In this document: one piece after another, positions 25,140 through 39,049 of the stretch | Layout of the letters: each line of letters begins with the position of its first letter | How positions within the stretch are numbered: position 1 is the first letter of the stretch | Assembly (NCBI GenBank): GCA_963514005.1 | Contig: OY740804.1 | Span: 28,086,001-28,150,000, forward strand | Origin: Raja brachyura | Taxonomy: Eukaryota | Length of the DNA: 64,000 nucleotides | Direction: 5' to 3' | Notes under the pieces: model-generated | What the model saw: only the letters and a program-made list of their open reading frames with translations | What the model was told of the DNA's origin: nothing | The model's database searches: none | Translations under genes and position numbers: made by a program

Positions 25140-25497
25140 AGGCTCGGATAGAGTGGATGTGCAGAGGATGTTTCCGCTAGTGGGAGAGTCTAGGACTATA
25201 AAGTCATAGCTTCAGAATTAAAGGACATTCTTTTTGGAAGGAGATGAGGGAGAATTTATTTAGTCAGAGGGCGGTGAATCTGTGGAATTCTTTGCCACAA
25301 AAGGCTGTGGAGACCAAGTCAGTGGATATTTTTAAGGCAGAGATAGATAGTTTCTCGATTAGTACAGGTGTCAGAGGTTATGGGGAGAAGGCAGGAGAAT
25401 GGGGTTCGGAGGGAAAGATAGATCAGCCACGATTGAATGGCGGAGTAGACTTGATGGGCCAAATGGCTCAATTCTACTCCTATCCCTTATGATCTGA
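25140..25497 (+). mobile_element. CR1 3' fragment
   Basis: FSQRAVNLWNSLPQKAVE motif and CR1 3' UTR. Confidence 0.8.
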
Positions 25498-27319
25498 CCA
25501 TTACTCATTCCCTGGTGCTCGGTGAAACCACGGTTACAGTACAGTCTTCAATTTTTACCGTGATTGCACCAGGAGGGGGGTTCTGAGAGAGAAGGCGAGG
25601 AATAGTTCTGAATTTGGTGAACGATTAATCAGATTTGCACTTCTGCTAATCATGAACTTTCTGTCACCTCTGCAGCAAAGATTATGTGTGTAAATGGCAG
25701 TGATGTACGCAGAGAAACATACTTATTAATTGCGCCCTTAGTCTTTGTAAAGTGGAAAAATAGCTAAATCCCACATTTAATCTAACTAAAGTGCACCAGA
25801 TTTATTATCTGTCTATCTGGTATTCAATCAGATGTCTGTGTCAGATTAAAGAATCACAGCTCAACCAACACCTATTTCACCGAAGATAAACACAAAATGC
25901 TGGAGTAACTCAGCGGGCAAGGCAGCATCTGTGGAGAAAAGGAATACATGACATTTTGGGTCGAGACCTTTCTTCAGACTGAGAGTCAGGGGAGAGGGAA
26001 ACTGGAGGCATGAAAACAATGGCCCATTGTTGGCTGTGGAAGAGGCGATAGCAAAGTGATACGATCGGTGAAAATAGCAAAACATCTATTTCACATTTGC
26101 TCTTTATTCTCATTTTGATATTTTACCATTCTCTTTCTTATGAAAAATCAATTGTCTGTCTAAAATTCAAATTTAATTTGTAGTGGATCTTTCTCCAATA
26201 TTAAAAAGTGATTTAAAAAAATGATATCAAGGATATATGATGGTTTGCTTTTGCTGACATTTGGAGGCCAAAGTAAAATTATTGTGCGTCTAGATTTGAC
26301 CTTTGCTTGTCATTGAGAATGCATTGACCTCTTTGTGGCCGTGCATTAACTTTAATGCCTGGTGCAATTCAAATGGAAAAACTCAGTGGATTTGCCATCA
26401 CAGTCAATTTCTATCTGCTGTGTCGATTCAATTTAATGTCATTTGTTTGATTTTTTTAGCCTTGATGAATGTGATTGGTCTCACGGTAAATCACAAATCA
26501 ATTCCATGGAGGAGAATTCTGTTATTCTCTCTCGCTATTAAAACCTGCAAACGAGCCGGGCAGAATATTTAAAAAGTGTGTTAATTGCATGAAGCAGGAG
26601 CATCCTATCGCAGTGTTGATGCTGGCGTCTCCTTAGAATGAACACTGAACAAAGCGGCAGATATTCAGGTTCTATAAATAGCTCTTTATCCTGCACATCT
26701 AAGTCTGAAGCAATAGGCCGAATCAGAGCAAAGACAATGCACAGACAAGTTGGGCCAAGGAGCCTGTTTCTGTGCTGTACAACTCCCTGACTACGATTCA
26801 CCAACACTCCCCACCAGGGCTCGCACCTAATTCCCCAAATCCCACCACCCCTACCCCGCCTTCACATTCCACCTACATTCTTACATCCTTTCCTCTGGCT
26901 TCACAATTTGCAAATCTTCAATCCTTTTGTCTCACACTTTTTATCACCTCTGGCCTTTGTCCAACTTAAGGGATGTTATTTCCTTTATCTTGTATCTGTA
27001 CACTGGACGACTTGATTGTATTCATGTATAGTCTTGCTGCTGACTGGTTAGCATGCAGCAAAAAGCTTTTCACTGTAGCTCGGAACATTGACAATAAACC
27101 CAACTGAACTATCTGCCCATCAAACAATCCCCCCTTGCCCGTGTTCACCTATTACCTGCCACGCTTTGTCCTGCCTCTCCTGTTTTTTTAGCTTTCTTTG
27201 CTCCCCACCTGCTCCTCTTTCAATCAGTCTGAAGAAGGGTCCCAAACGGAAATATCACTTGTCCATGTTCTCTGGGGATGCTACCTGACCCATTGGGTTG
27301 CTCCAGCACTTTGTGTCTT

Positions 27320-27626
27320 TTTAGACTTTTGACTTTACTGTAAACTTTAGAGATAAAGTGTAGAAACAGGCCCTTTGGCCCACAAAGTCTGTGCCGACCA
27401 GCGATCACCCCGGACAATAACACCATCCTTCACAAGGGACAATTTACAATTTTTACCAGAGCCAATTAACCTGTAGATCTTTTAAGTGTGGGATGGAAAC
27501 CGGAGCACCCGGAGGAAACCAACGTTTTTACCCAGAAAATGTACAAACTCCATACATACAGCACCCTTAGTCAGGTTTGAACTGGGTCTCCGGAGCTGTA
27601 AGGCAGCAACTCTACCGCTGCACCAT
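27320..27626 (-). mobile_element. tRNA-derived SINE copy
   Basis: Same family. Confidence 0.78.
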
Positions 27627-28299
27627 CTGACTAAAACCATTTTCATTAAATAAAATAATCTGTATTTAAATCTATATATAGTGCTGCCAACATATTCTGT
27701 TTCTAATTTTGTAAATGCATGAACAGCATTGCAACTGTTAATTTATATTTGCATTGTTCAGAGAAGATTGTATGCATATGAAACGTGTAGGAAGGAACTG
27801 CAAATGCTGGTTTACACCGAAGAAAGACACAAGATGCTGCAGTAATTCAGACTTCTTCAGTGTATCTAAAGAAGGGTCTCGACCCAAAACGTCACCCATT
27901 CCTTCTATCCAGAGGTGCTGCCTATCCCACTGAGTTTCTCCAGCATTTTGTGTGTAACATTGACTGCAGGATAAGTGTAACTGGCTGTGTTCAGCTCAAG
28001 CATCTGAAGTTCCCATCACCACCAACACCTTGTCCAGAAATGGAGGTACAATGATTGTCTCCAATGACAAGGTTTGCATGTGGCAGGACGTTCAGTAGCT
28101 TGGTATCGGCATTGGTTTAATATTGTCACCAGCCAAATCATAGCATACATGAGCAGGTAGACAGAAATTGTTTCGGGTTGCCTATTTCCTTCGCTCCCTA
28201 GATGCTGCCTCACCCGCTGAGTTTCTCCAGCATTTATGTCTACCTTCGATTTTCCAGCATCTGCAGTTCCTTCTTAACCATACATGAGCACAATCAGAT

Positions 28300-29300
28300 C
28301 ATATATGAGTACAACCGGTCCTGCAAAAACAGGAACAAAATGGAGTGCAGAATCTAGTGTTACAGCTGCTGAGAACGTGCAGATAGCCACGGTGCAAGGG
28401 CAGCAACAAGGTAGATTGGGAGATTGGGAATACACCCTTACCTTGGGCATAGAGGGAGGGTAGACAGTGAGAAACTTTTTACTGGAGTGGAAATGTTCAA
28501 CACTAGAGGGCCGAAGGGCTTGTTCCTGCCCATGTCCTTATGTGAGGGCCATTCAATAGTCTGATAGCCGCAGGGAAGAAGCTGTTCCTGAATTTGATGG
28601 TAGATGCCAAAGATCCTGTAGCGGAGCTATAGGATCTTTTGTAGATGCTTTCCAGCTTTTGTATCTTTTGCTCAACAGGAGACGAGAGGCAAGGAATATC
28701 TATTGTGTGAGTGGTCCTTAATTATGTTGGCGACTTGCTCGAGGCAGCGTGAAGTGTAGATGGAGTCAATGGGAGGGAGGCTGCTTTATGCAGTTCTCTG
28801 TAATCTGCTGCAGTCTTGTGTAAATCAAATTGTGATTAGGATGCATTTTACAGTGCACCTGTAGACGTTGGTAAGACTTATTCATGAAATTTCCTTTGTC
28901 TTTTGAGGAAGTAGAGGCATTGTTGTGCTTTCTTTGCCACAGCGTCAATGTGGTTAGACCTGGACAAATTGTTGGTGATGTTTACACCAAGGAACTTGAA
29001 ACTCTCCAACATTTTCATTCTGCACCATCAATGCAGACAAGGGCGTGTACTCCACGCTGCTTCCTGAAGTTGACGACTAGCTCTTCATTTTGCTGGCATT
29101 GAGGGAGAGGTGGTTGTCTTGACTCTTGTCTAAGCTCTCTATCGCCTTCTTGTATTGCGTTTCGACATTGTTCGAGATCTAGCCCACTATGTTGGTGTCA
29201 TCTGGAAACTGATAAATGGAGTAAGAGCAGAATTTAGTCACACAGTCGTGAGTGTACAGGAAGTGTGGTAACGGGTTGAGAATCCTTACTGAGGAAGCCC
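28300..29300 (-). mobile_element. Decayed Rex1/L2-like LINE fragment
   Basis: gaagaagctgttcctga, aggaacttgaaactctcca and ggtgtcatctg (ADDT on minus) landmarks shared with 3888-5058. Confidence 0.65.
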
Positions 29301-29329
29301 TGTCCCGGGATGACTATCTGAAAGCTTTG

Positions 29330-29570
29330 ACATTCAGAAGTAAAGCTGAGGCTTTATAAAGTGCTGGTCCGACTGTATTTGGAGTATCGTGAGTAGTTGT
29401 GGGTCCCATATCTGAGGAAGGATATGCTGCCGTTGGAGAGGGTCCAGAGGAGGTTTACAGGGATGATCCCAGGAATGAGTGGGTTGTCATATGATGAGTG
29501 TTTGAATGTACTGGACCTGTACTCGCTGGAGTTTAGACGGAAGATGGGGCACTTTATTGAAACTTACCTC
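29330..29570 (+). mobile_element. CR1 ORF2 fragment
   Basis: W.PYLRKD...LERVQRRFT.MIPG motif. Confidence 0.75.
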
Positions 29571-30687
29571 AGAGTGAAAATAGTGAATGAACCGATAGAC
29601 ATAGTATTTCCAACCCATGATATCCTTTATTTTAAAGTCCCGGATTTGCTGCTATTTATAAAGCTTACCACTGATGGCTTTGTTCAGAATCACCGACAGT
29701 AGCCAGTGTTAAGTTGGAGATATTCACAACACACAGCTCGGGGAGAGAGTGGGGTGGGTAAGGTTTGGGGGATATGAGAGGTAATTTAAAAGACATTTGA
29801 ATAGGATAGGTTCTGAGGGATACTAACCAAACACTGGCAGGTGGGACTAATGTAGATGGGGCATCATTGTGGGCGTGGGGAGGTTGGGCTGAAAAAGCCG
29901 GTTTCCCTGCGGTATGGCTGTCTCTCCATCTCTTCTAACCTGGAGGGAGGGCAGGGATCTGCTCTGTGCCCTCTCTCAAACCTTGACCTCTCCACAGCCG
30001 AGAGGCATTCGTAGTGCAGGGGCCACCAAGAACCACGGCATGGCTGGGGGAGGGGGGAGAGAGTGAAGGAACAGGGATCATCTGGACCATATTAAATACA
30101 TTTGTAACTTTGTCACCAGCCTACACGCGACGATTCTTTGTATGCTTTGTGTATTGTATGCAAAACAAAGAATGTCACCGTGCCAAGCTCATGTGACAAT
30201 GAATATCGATCGATCTATCAATCAATCAATTTTGACCCATATTTCCACTTGCCCCGAGAAGAATGAGACAAGCATAAGATTGGAAAGCCGGCCATTGTTC
30301 CATTTATGTTTAAATCTCAGATCAGAGCAACAGCTGCAATCTGATCCTCAAACAGCTGATTAAAGGGTTGACGAACACACATTGTTTTAACCTCAATGGG
30401 AGCAGGAGAACTGGGAGGAATGAAATCCATGAAGTCATTAGGAACCAGAACATATGGTTCCAAGTAAGGATGAAATCATCTGCACACTGCACTTCATAAA
30501 CTAATAAACAAAGACACATTTTTTTTTTCCAAGTTTGAAAAACATACGACAGCAAACCTCCTGTTGCCCTCACATGTCATGGTTGAAATGTGTGGAATCA
30601 AAATTTCAATTTTTAGGAGATTGGTGGGTAGGAAATAGTTCCCAACTATGTGCTGAACATGTACGATGCACAGCTGTCACTATTTAT

Positions 30688-31460
30688 AGTCATAAAGTCA
30701 TGTAGTGTGGAAACAGGCCCTTCGGCCCAACTTACCCACACCGACCAACATGTCCCATCTACACTAGTCCAACCTGCCTGTGTTTGGCCCATATCCCTCC
30801 AGACCTGCCTATCCAGGTACATGTCAAATAGTTTCTTAAATGTTGCAATAGTTCCTGCTTCCACAACCTCTTCTGGCAGCTCATGCCATACATTCACCAC
30901 CCTTTGTGTGAAACATTTACCCCTCAGGTTCTTATTAAATCTTTCCCCCTTCACGTTAAACCTGTCCTCTGGTCCTCGATTCACCTGCTCTGGACAAGAG
31001 ACTCTGTGCATCTAGCCGATCTATTCCTCTCATGATCTTATACACCTCCATAAGTTCACCCCTCATCCTCCTGCGCTCCAGGGATCCTGCTCAACTTCTC
31101 CCTATAGCTCAGACCCCCGAGTCCTTGCCACATCCTCGTAAATCTTCTCTGTACCTTTTCCAACTTGGCAATATCTTTCCTGTAACAAGATGCCCAGAAT
31201 TGAACAGGATACTCTAAATTCAGCCTCACCAATGCCTTATAGAACTGCAACATCACCTCACAACTTCTATTCACAATACTCTGACTGGAGAAGGCCAATA
31301 TGCCAAAAGCCTTATTTGACCACCCAATCTACCTGTGATGACACTTTCAAGGAGTGTACCTGCACTCCTAGATCCCTCTGCTCTACAACACTCCCCAAAG
31401 CCCTACCATTCACTGTGTCGGTCCTGCCCATGTTAGACTTTCCAAAATGCACCTCACTTA
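30688..31460 (-). mobile_element. CR1 LINE 3' fragment
   Basis: ORFs 30646..31011, 31056..31298, 31312..31524 with FTQRVVNVW.ELP, LEKVQRRFTRM, EQRDLGV. Confidence 0.88.
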
Positions 31461-32747
31461 TACTTCTATCAGTTGTATTGATCTCAGTGGAGCTGTCTTT
31501 GTAGACGTGGAGTACAACATACAAATCCTGCCATATCGATGGAATATTTTTTCAATCAGTGATAACCGGGTGCTCCGGTTTGTTGACCCTACATGCATGC
31601 AAGTCCTGGATTTATAAGGCAGAGAATTAATTATTACTCTATGATATTTTGGATTCAATTTTGCAAAATATGGGATTCACTCTATGTATTTTTCAAAGGA
31701 ACGGTGAATGGTTTAATCGGGGAATATGTGTGATGTCCCGAAAGTATACTTGGAGTCAGCATTCGAGTCGAGAGTGCTTTACTGTCATTTGTCCCTAGAC
31801 AGAACAATTAAATTCTGACTTGCAGCAACATAACCGATATGTACATATAATGTAAGAAGGAACTGCTGATGCTGGTTTAAACTAAAGATATACACAAAAT
31901 GTTGGAGTAACTCTGCGGGACGGGCAGCATCTCTGGAGAGAAGGAATGGGTGATGTTTCGGGTTGAGTCCCTTCTTCAGACCAAACATAGTACTGGACAT
32001 GGAGAATAGAGACAGACGCAAAGTGCTGGAGCAACATAGTGGATCAGACAGAATCTCTGGAGAAAAAGGATGGGCTGGGATGTCAAAGGGTGGCTCTCTC
32101 CATTACCACAACCAGTGCCAGCTCGTTGGGTAACCGGCAAAAGTGGGGGTGCGGTGTGAAGCAACGGCAGCTTCACTCCCCTGTAACCTAAATCCGCTAA
32201 ATAGAAATCTGTTATTATAAGAATTTACTGTATATAACTTGGATGAGAATGTCAGAGGCTATAGATGCTGGAACCTGGCTCTGCTGACCCACTGAGTTCC
32301 GTAAGCAGTTTGTTATTTTTGCATTGGCTGAGAATGTCTGCAGTCTGTTAAGTCAGTGAGATGAAGCCGCAAGGACTGATGGAGTTGCAGTAATGAGGAT
32401 AGTTTCCTCGGGATACAGATGCACATGGGTCAGCTGGGAAGTTGGGTGGAGTGTTGGCAGATGAAATTTAATCCAGGAGAGTGTTGAGGTAATCCATTTT
32501 TGGTCGTCTAATACTGGCAGGATATAGAGTTAAAGGCAGGAACCAGAGATTATAGATGGACGGATCTAGGGATGCAAGTTCATAACCTCCTGAGAATGGC
32601 AATATAGGTGGATTAGGAGTCAAAGCAAGAGTGTTTTATTGTCATGTGTCCCAGACAGAACAATGATATTCTTACTTGCAGTAGCACAATGGAATATGTA
32701 AACATAGTATTCTGTAAACAATATAATAAACAAGAAAAATTAGTTAA

Positions 32748-32928
32748 NNNNNNNNNNNNNNNNNNNNNNNNNNNNNNNNNNNNNNNNNNNNNNNNNNNNN
32801 NNNNNNNNNNNNNNNNNNNNNNNNNNNNNNNNNNNNNNNNNNNNNNNNNNNNNNNNNNNNNNNNNNNNNNNNNNNNNNNNNNNNNNNNNNNNNNNNNNNN
32901 NNNNNNNNNNNNNNNNNNNNNNNNNNNN
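32748..32928. other. Assembly gap (181 N)
   Basis: Run of N, flanked on both sides by a LINE-like repeat (about 32620-33180). Confidence 1.
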
Positions 32929-34126
32929 AAAAAGACAAAGCCAATGCCCCCAAGTCTATGTAGTTCAGATCTTAAATGGAGGTTGTAGTGATGATTAGCC
33001 TGATGTCGGGAAGAAGCTGCTGCTGAACCTGGACGTTAGAATTTTCAGGCTCCTATATCTTCTCACCGGTGGCAGGAGTGAAATGTGCGTGTGATCAGGG
33101 TGGTGTGGCTGCCTTTTTGATGCAGCGACTCCTGTAAAAACCCCTTCGATGGTGGGGAGGTCAGAACCCGTGGTGGACAGGAGGGCAGAGGGTCGGGATT
33201 TTTTGCGAGGGTGGTGGGAATATGGAACAAGCTACCGGAGAAGTGGTAAAGGCTGGTACAATCCCAGTTTATATAAAATGTATTTACAGGTACATGGATA
33301 GGAAATAAATAGAGGGATATAGGCCAAATGTGGGAAAATGGGAGTAGCGTATATAGGCATCTTGGTTGACATGGGTGAGTTGGGCCACAGAGCCTGTTTC
33401 TGTGCTGTATGCCTCCATGAATCTTTGATTCTATTGACTGTCAGCCAGATTATTTTTCTGAAAAACATTACTTAAATACGCTGCTGCAGCATGCCTCTTG
33501 AACTGTGTGCACTTGATTTATGTCATATTTCACTCAAAATTTCAGGCCTGCTTTGTTTGCTGAATTTTCTTTTTACAAATTTGTTCACTGTTGCAAACAG
33601 TGCCTTTCGCCATTCCACGATCATGCCAGAACTAACAGCCCTCATTTATCAGGTGAACCCAGTCAGTGAATGTCAAAAGGTTATTCGGCCAAAGAGGATT
33701 TAAAATCACATCTAATCTGGTGTTAATCTGATTTGCAGCAGGGGGGGCTTTGGAAATCAATGAGTGGTTAGGGGACAGAGTGATTTTCTCTTTGCCAGCA
33801 CAACATTGCGGATCATTACTGCTGCCTTGTTAAAATCAGACGTGACATTTTAGGTCAGGATCAAATCTGGTGCTGTAGATTTGGATTGCTGTACCGTATA
33901 GTACTATTTAGAGTCACACGGAGGCCCTTCGGCACAACTTGTTCAGGCCAACCAGAATACCCTGAGGGAGCCACCGTCATATTTTTGTCAAAGATGAGTT
34001 TCACTCCCTATGAGAGGGCGGCACAGTGGTGCAGCGGGTGCGTTGCTGCCTTACAGCGCCCGGGTTCAATCCCGACTACGGGTGCTGTCTGTAAGGAGTT
34101 TGTATGTTCTCCCTATGATTCTCCCT

Positions 34127-34484
34127 AAGATTGTTATGGGCTTGGACACGCTAGAGGCAGGAAACATGTTCCTGATGTTGGGGGAATCCAGAACCAGGGG
34201 CCACAGTTTAAGAATAAGGGGTAAGCCATTTAGAACGGAGACGATGAAACACCTTTTTCTCACAGGGAGTTGTGAGTCTGTGGAATTCTCTGCCTCAGAG
34301 GGCGGTGGAGGCAGGTTCTCTGGATGCTTTCAAGAGAGTTAGATAGGGCTCTTAAAGATAGCGCTGGGGTTATGGGGAGAAGGCAGGAACGGGGTACTGA
34401 TTGGGGACGATCAGCCATGATCACATTGAATGGCAGTGCTGGCTCGAAGGGCTGAATGGCCTACTCCTGCACCTATTGTCTATT
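34127..34484 (+). mobile_element. CR1 3' fragment inserted in a SINE (34016-34665)
   Basis: GESRTRGHSLRIRG motif and ctattgtctatt tail; the SINE resumes at gaccgtgtggttttct. Confidence 0.85.
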
Positions 34485-35043
34485 GACCGTGTGGTTTTCT
34501 ACGTGTGCTCCGGTTTCCTACCACACTCCAAAGACGTACAGGTTTGTAGGTTAATTGGTTTCTGTAAGTTGTCCCAAGTATGTAGGGTAGTGTTAGTGCA
34601 AGGGGTGATTGCTGGTCGACGTAGGCTGATTCCATGCTCTATCTCCAAAGTAGAAAAAAGTCTAAAGACATAAATACATGCTGATAACACTTCTTTATAA
34701 ACTAATTATATTTTCACAAAAAACAAAGAAAATCATAATTCTGTATATAGATCTAATTCTAATTGGTCTGAGTTTATTATCGGTGTCTGTGGCTATTGAT
34801 GTTTGACTAAATCACAGTGCAAAATGCAGGGCACCTGCTACTACTTGCTCACATGGTGAACTGAACTTGCTGCGAGAGGGGTCCCGGACTGCATTGAACA
34901 GAATCGTTCGAAGCTTGAAGCAAAATAATTTGTTTGTGTGTGGTGTGTTGTGTTGCACTTCAAAAGTAAGTAACACACATCAGATTTTCTCGTCTCAGGT
35001 ATAGTTGGGCAAAAAGAACTATAAACTGATAAAAATTAAATGA

Positions 35044-35192
35044 TAGACAAAAAATGCTGGAGAAGCTCAGCGGGTGAGGCAGCATCTATGGAGCGAAGGA
35101 AATAGGCAATGTTTTGGCCCGAAATGTTGCCTATTTCTTTCGCTCCATAGATGCTGCCTCACCCGCTGAGTTTCTCCAGCATTTTAGTCTAC
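35044..35192. repeat. About 150-bp near-perfect palindrome (Penelope-derived fold-back)
   Basis: atgctggagaa.ctcagcgggtgaggcagcatctatggagcgaa.gaaataggcaa is mirrored immediately downstream; partial copy at about 28165-28275. Confidence 0.85.
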
Positions 35193-35289
35193 CTTCGATT
35201 TTCCAGCCTCTGCAGTTCCTTCATAAAAATTAAACGATATCAATTGATGGAACATTCCAAAGGAGAGTGTTTTGGAATGTTGATGTCCT

Positions 35290-35790
35290 CCTCTCCTCCC
35301 CCTGGCAGAGCTGGTTCTCACTCTTAACAACTTCTCCACCTACTCCTCTCACTTCCTCTAAATCAAAGGTGTGGCCATGGACACTTGCATGGGCCCCAGC
35401 GATGCCTGCCTCTCTGTAGAATACGTCGAACAATCCCTGTTCCACACGTGCACTGGCCCCATCCCCGAACTCTACCTCTGTTACATTGACGACTGCATCG
35501 GGGCTGCCTCCTGCGCCCACGCATAACTCATGGACTTCATTAACCACCACCAATTTCCATCCTGCACACAAATTCACTTGGACCATGCCTGACACCTCCC
35601 TTCCCTTTCTTGATCTCACTGTATACATCACAGGTGATGAGTGCCAACTGACATCTATTATAAAGTTACTGACTCCCACAACTATCTCTCATTCTCCTCT
35701 CCCCTAACTCTCAGTCAGAAGAAGGGTCTCGAACCGAAACGTCACCTATTATTTTTCTCTGGAGATGCAGCTTGACCCGCTGAGTTGCAA
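35290..35790 (+). mobile_element. Penelope-like RT fragment joined to a pseudo-LTR piece
   Basis: LAELVLTLNNF, KGVAM..CMGP, YIDDC, NFHP..KFTW, LPFLDL are PLE RT motifs, with frameshifts. Confidence 0.85.
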
Positions 35791-36199
35791 TACCACTGTT
35801 CAGTTTGTGGATCCTGCTTGTAAAATTAATTTGCAACGTAGTAAAAATTATTTTGAAGATGGTTTTTCACCTCGAATCATGTGGTGAAATCTCACATGTG
35901 TGATTGCTGATTGCAGCTGCCTCTGGCGTTTGCAGTTGCTGCATTATTGCTGTGGTAACTGCTGGGATGTGAATCCATTCCTTAAGAACATTCTCCGTGG
36001 CAGCTGCAGTCCAGCATTATAAAGGCTGCTGCGGGGAAGAGAGCAGGCAAATAGACGGGGAGGAGAACACAAGGCACTCTGTGTGTGCCCGGGCTCACTT
36101 GGCAAGGCAACTGCAGGTTGGAGCGGGAGCGGGAGTGGCAGCTTTGAGCAGCAGGCCCAGTGATTCGTTAGAGCATCCAAGTTGGTTAATTGAGTAACC

Positions 36200-36650
36200 A
36201 AGACTCAAGGGCCTGAGCTATAGCTAGAGGGAGAAGTTGTGCAGGCTGGGACTTTATTCCTTGGAGTGCAGGAGGATGAGGGGTGTTCTGAAAGAGGTGT
36301 ATAAGATCATGAGAGGAATAGACAGGGTAAATGCACAGAGTCTCTTACCCAGAGTCAGGGGAAACAAGAAAGAGAGGACATACGTGTAAGGTGAGGGTGG
36401 GGGTAAGATTTAATAGGGATCTAAGTGGCAACAGTTTTACACAAGGGTGGTGGGCGGATGGAATGTGCCTAGCAAGGTAGTTGATGCAGGTACTATCACA
36501 ATGTTTAAGAAATATTTGGATAAGTAGATGGATAGGACAGGTTTAGAGGGATATGGGCCAAACAGAGGCAGATGGGACTAGTGTAGATAGGGCATGTTGG
36601 TCAGCGTGGGCAAGTTATGGGTGAACGGCCTGTTTCCATGCTGTATGACT
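36200..36650 (+). mobile_element. CR1 3' fragment
   Basis: Same family as 30688-31460, opposite strand. Confidence 0.75.
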
Positions 36651-37566
36651 GACTGTTTCTCTCTCTCTATAACTCTACAATGGTCTGACCCAATGGGCTT
36701 CCCTACTGCAAGTGGCCCCAAGACCGAGAGAGCAGAGCATCAAGCACTGAGGTGCCTACCCTGGAGATGCAACACTCATGATCAGTGATGCTTGTGGAGA
36801 AAGGATGAATGAGCATTAACTAGTTAATGATTCTGGTGCTAGCTTTGAATAAAATGCCAATGTCCCCACTTAATTCACTTCACTTTGCCAATGTTTCTTT
36901 CCCACTCTTCGTTTAACCTTGAGCTTTAAACACGGGGCACAGGCCACATCTTGGGCTGCTAATTTCTGTCAGTAAATGCATTAATATATCGTGACAACAG
37001 GTCGACACGTACATAATGACAGTCATGTGAATCTTGCCCCGAAATATCCAGACCAATTTCCCAATGGTCCCTAGTTGAGCCAGAAATGAATTATGGGAGC
37101 AAAGAGATTGCTCAAGTCCAATTTGCAGCAACCGTAGTTCTGAAGAATTCAAGGGATTTCTCATGCATCTATACAATTAGCTTACAAACAGTGGAGTCTT
37201 TGAGCTGAATCACTGGTGATATTATTAGTATTACTTCTGCAAAATCCCAAAGTTGCTGGCAATTTCAAATTTTAATGGCAGTGCACCCTCATTATTCCAA
37301 CATCACTACCATAGCCAAATCCAAACATTGCAGTATAAACCAACTTAATCTCGGGGTTAAGAACTAAAAGTTATGAGTCACCCTGACACAATCTATTTGA
37401 AGAAGATAGAAGTCTGATGAAGGATCTCAATCCAAAACCACTCATTCCTTCTCTTCAGAGATGCTGCCAGTCGGGCTGAGTTACTCCAACATTTTGTCTA
37501 TCTTTGGTGTGAACCAACATCTGCAGTTCCTTCCTACACAACCTATCTTATTACTATATTGTCAGT

Positions 37567-37594
37567 CTGAAGAAGGGTCTCGACCCGAAATGTC
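37567..37594 (+). ncRNA. Minimal hammerhead-ribozyme motif in a Penelope-derived repeat
   Basis: CTGAAGA-A-GGGTC-TC-GACCC-GAAA-T-GTC: both conserved boxes, a closed stem II and a GUC triplet; activity not shown. Confidence 0.6.
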
Positions 37595-38074
37595 GCCTAT
37601 TCCTTCTCTCCATAGATGCTGCCTCACCCGCTGAGTTTCTCCAACATTTTTTGTCTACCTTATAACTTTGATTGGTAATTGCATCAATTGGATAGACAAA
37701 GGGATATACAGGTAATGGAAGGATATGGATTATATGTAGACACTAAAGAGTAGGACTTGGCATCATGTTCGGCACAGCCATCGTGGGTAGAAGGGCCTGT
37801 TCCTGTGCTGCACTGTTCTATGTTTAATCGGGGATCAGGTGACTGCCAGATGGACTGGCTGTGGATAGGCCCAAAACATGCCACATTGCTACTGACTGAA
37901 GTTGATGCCAACCAATATGTGTCAGTGGAGAATACGTGTTTGGTGCAATGTTACTTCAAAATCAGTGCATTGATGTCCCCACTTTGGCGATAAAGGAAAG
38001 GAAATATGTATTTTGAGATCAGAAACTATTAATAAAGTAAGGTAGGATTGATGGTTTAGTAAATAACATAAGAG

Positions 38075-38496
38075 TCTTTAGACTTTAGACATTAAAGATA
38101 CAGCGTGGAAACAGGTCCTTTGGCCCACCGAGTCTGCGCCGACCACCAATCACCTCCTGCACTAGCAAAATGCTATACAGCACTATCGTACACTCTGGGG
38201 ACAATTTGCAGAAGCCAAATAACCTACAAACCTGTATGTCTTTGGGGTGTGGCAGGAGACCGAAGCACCCGGAGCATACCCACGTGGTCACAGGGAGAAT
38301 AGTCATAGAGTGATACAGTGTGGAAACGGGCCCTTTGGCCCAGCTTGCCCACACCGGACAACATGTCCCAGCTACACTAGTCAATGTACAAAGAGAATGT
38401 ACAAACTTCGTACAGACAGCACCCGTAATCAGGATTGAACCCTGGTCTCAGGCGCTGTAAGGCAGCAACTCTGTTGCTGCGCCACTGTGCCGCCCC
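38075..38496 (-). mobile_element. SINE copy with a short CR1-tail insert (about 38320-38385)
   Basis: cacagggagaat|agtcatagag...actagtcaatgtacaa|agagaatgtacaaac. Confidence 0.75.
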
Positions 38497-39049
38497 AGAC
38501 CCTTTCAGTCTGTTCCGTCATTGAATGGCCACTGATAGTTAGCCCTCTCCCTGACAAAATAATGAGATGAACCCTTGTTCCCCATCTCAATCCTTTTTTA
38601 CCCTAGAAAACACCATTAGCCCATACTCCACTCTCTACACTGCCCTGGTGCCTGAACCTATTATCTCCCTATTTAACCCTATCAATCTCCCTATTTCAGA
38701 TTCAGATTCAATTTTAATTGTCTATTTATCTTTACGTGCTCTGCATTAATGGCCTTCCAGTTCACAAGACATTCTAGGCCCCAAAATTCTCAGTGGTGAA
38801 TATAGATCTTACATAGAACAATACAGCAGACGAATAGGCCCTTCAGCCTCAAACATCAGAGCCAGCAGCATGTTCCAGTCACCCAACACCCTCTTCATAA
38901 AAATACTTGCTCCTTTAAACTTTGCCCCTCCCACCTTAAAGCTATGTCTTCAATTATTTGATTTTTCTATCCTGGGAAAAAGGGTTCTGACTGTCGAAAC
39001 TATCTATGCCTCTCGTAATTCTATCTACTTCTATCAGGTCTCCTTGTCA

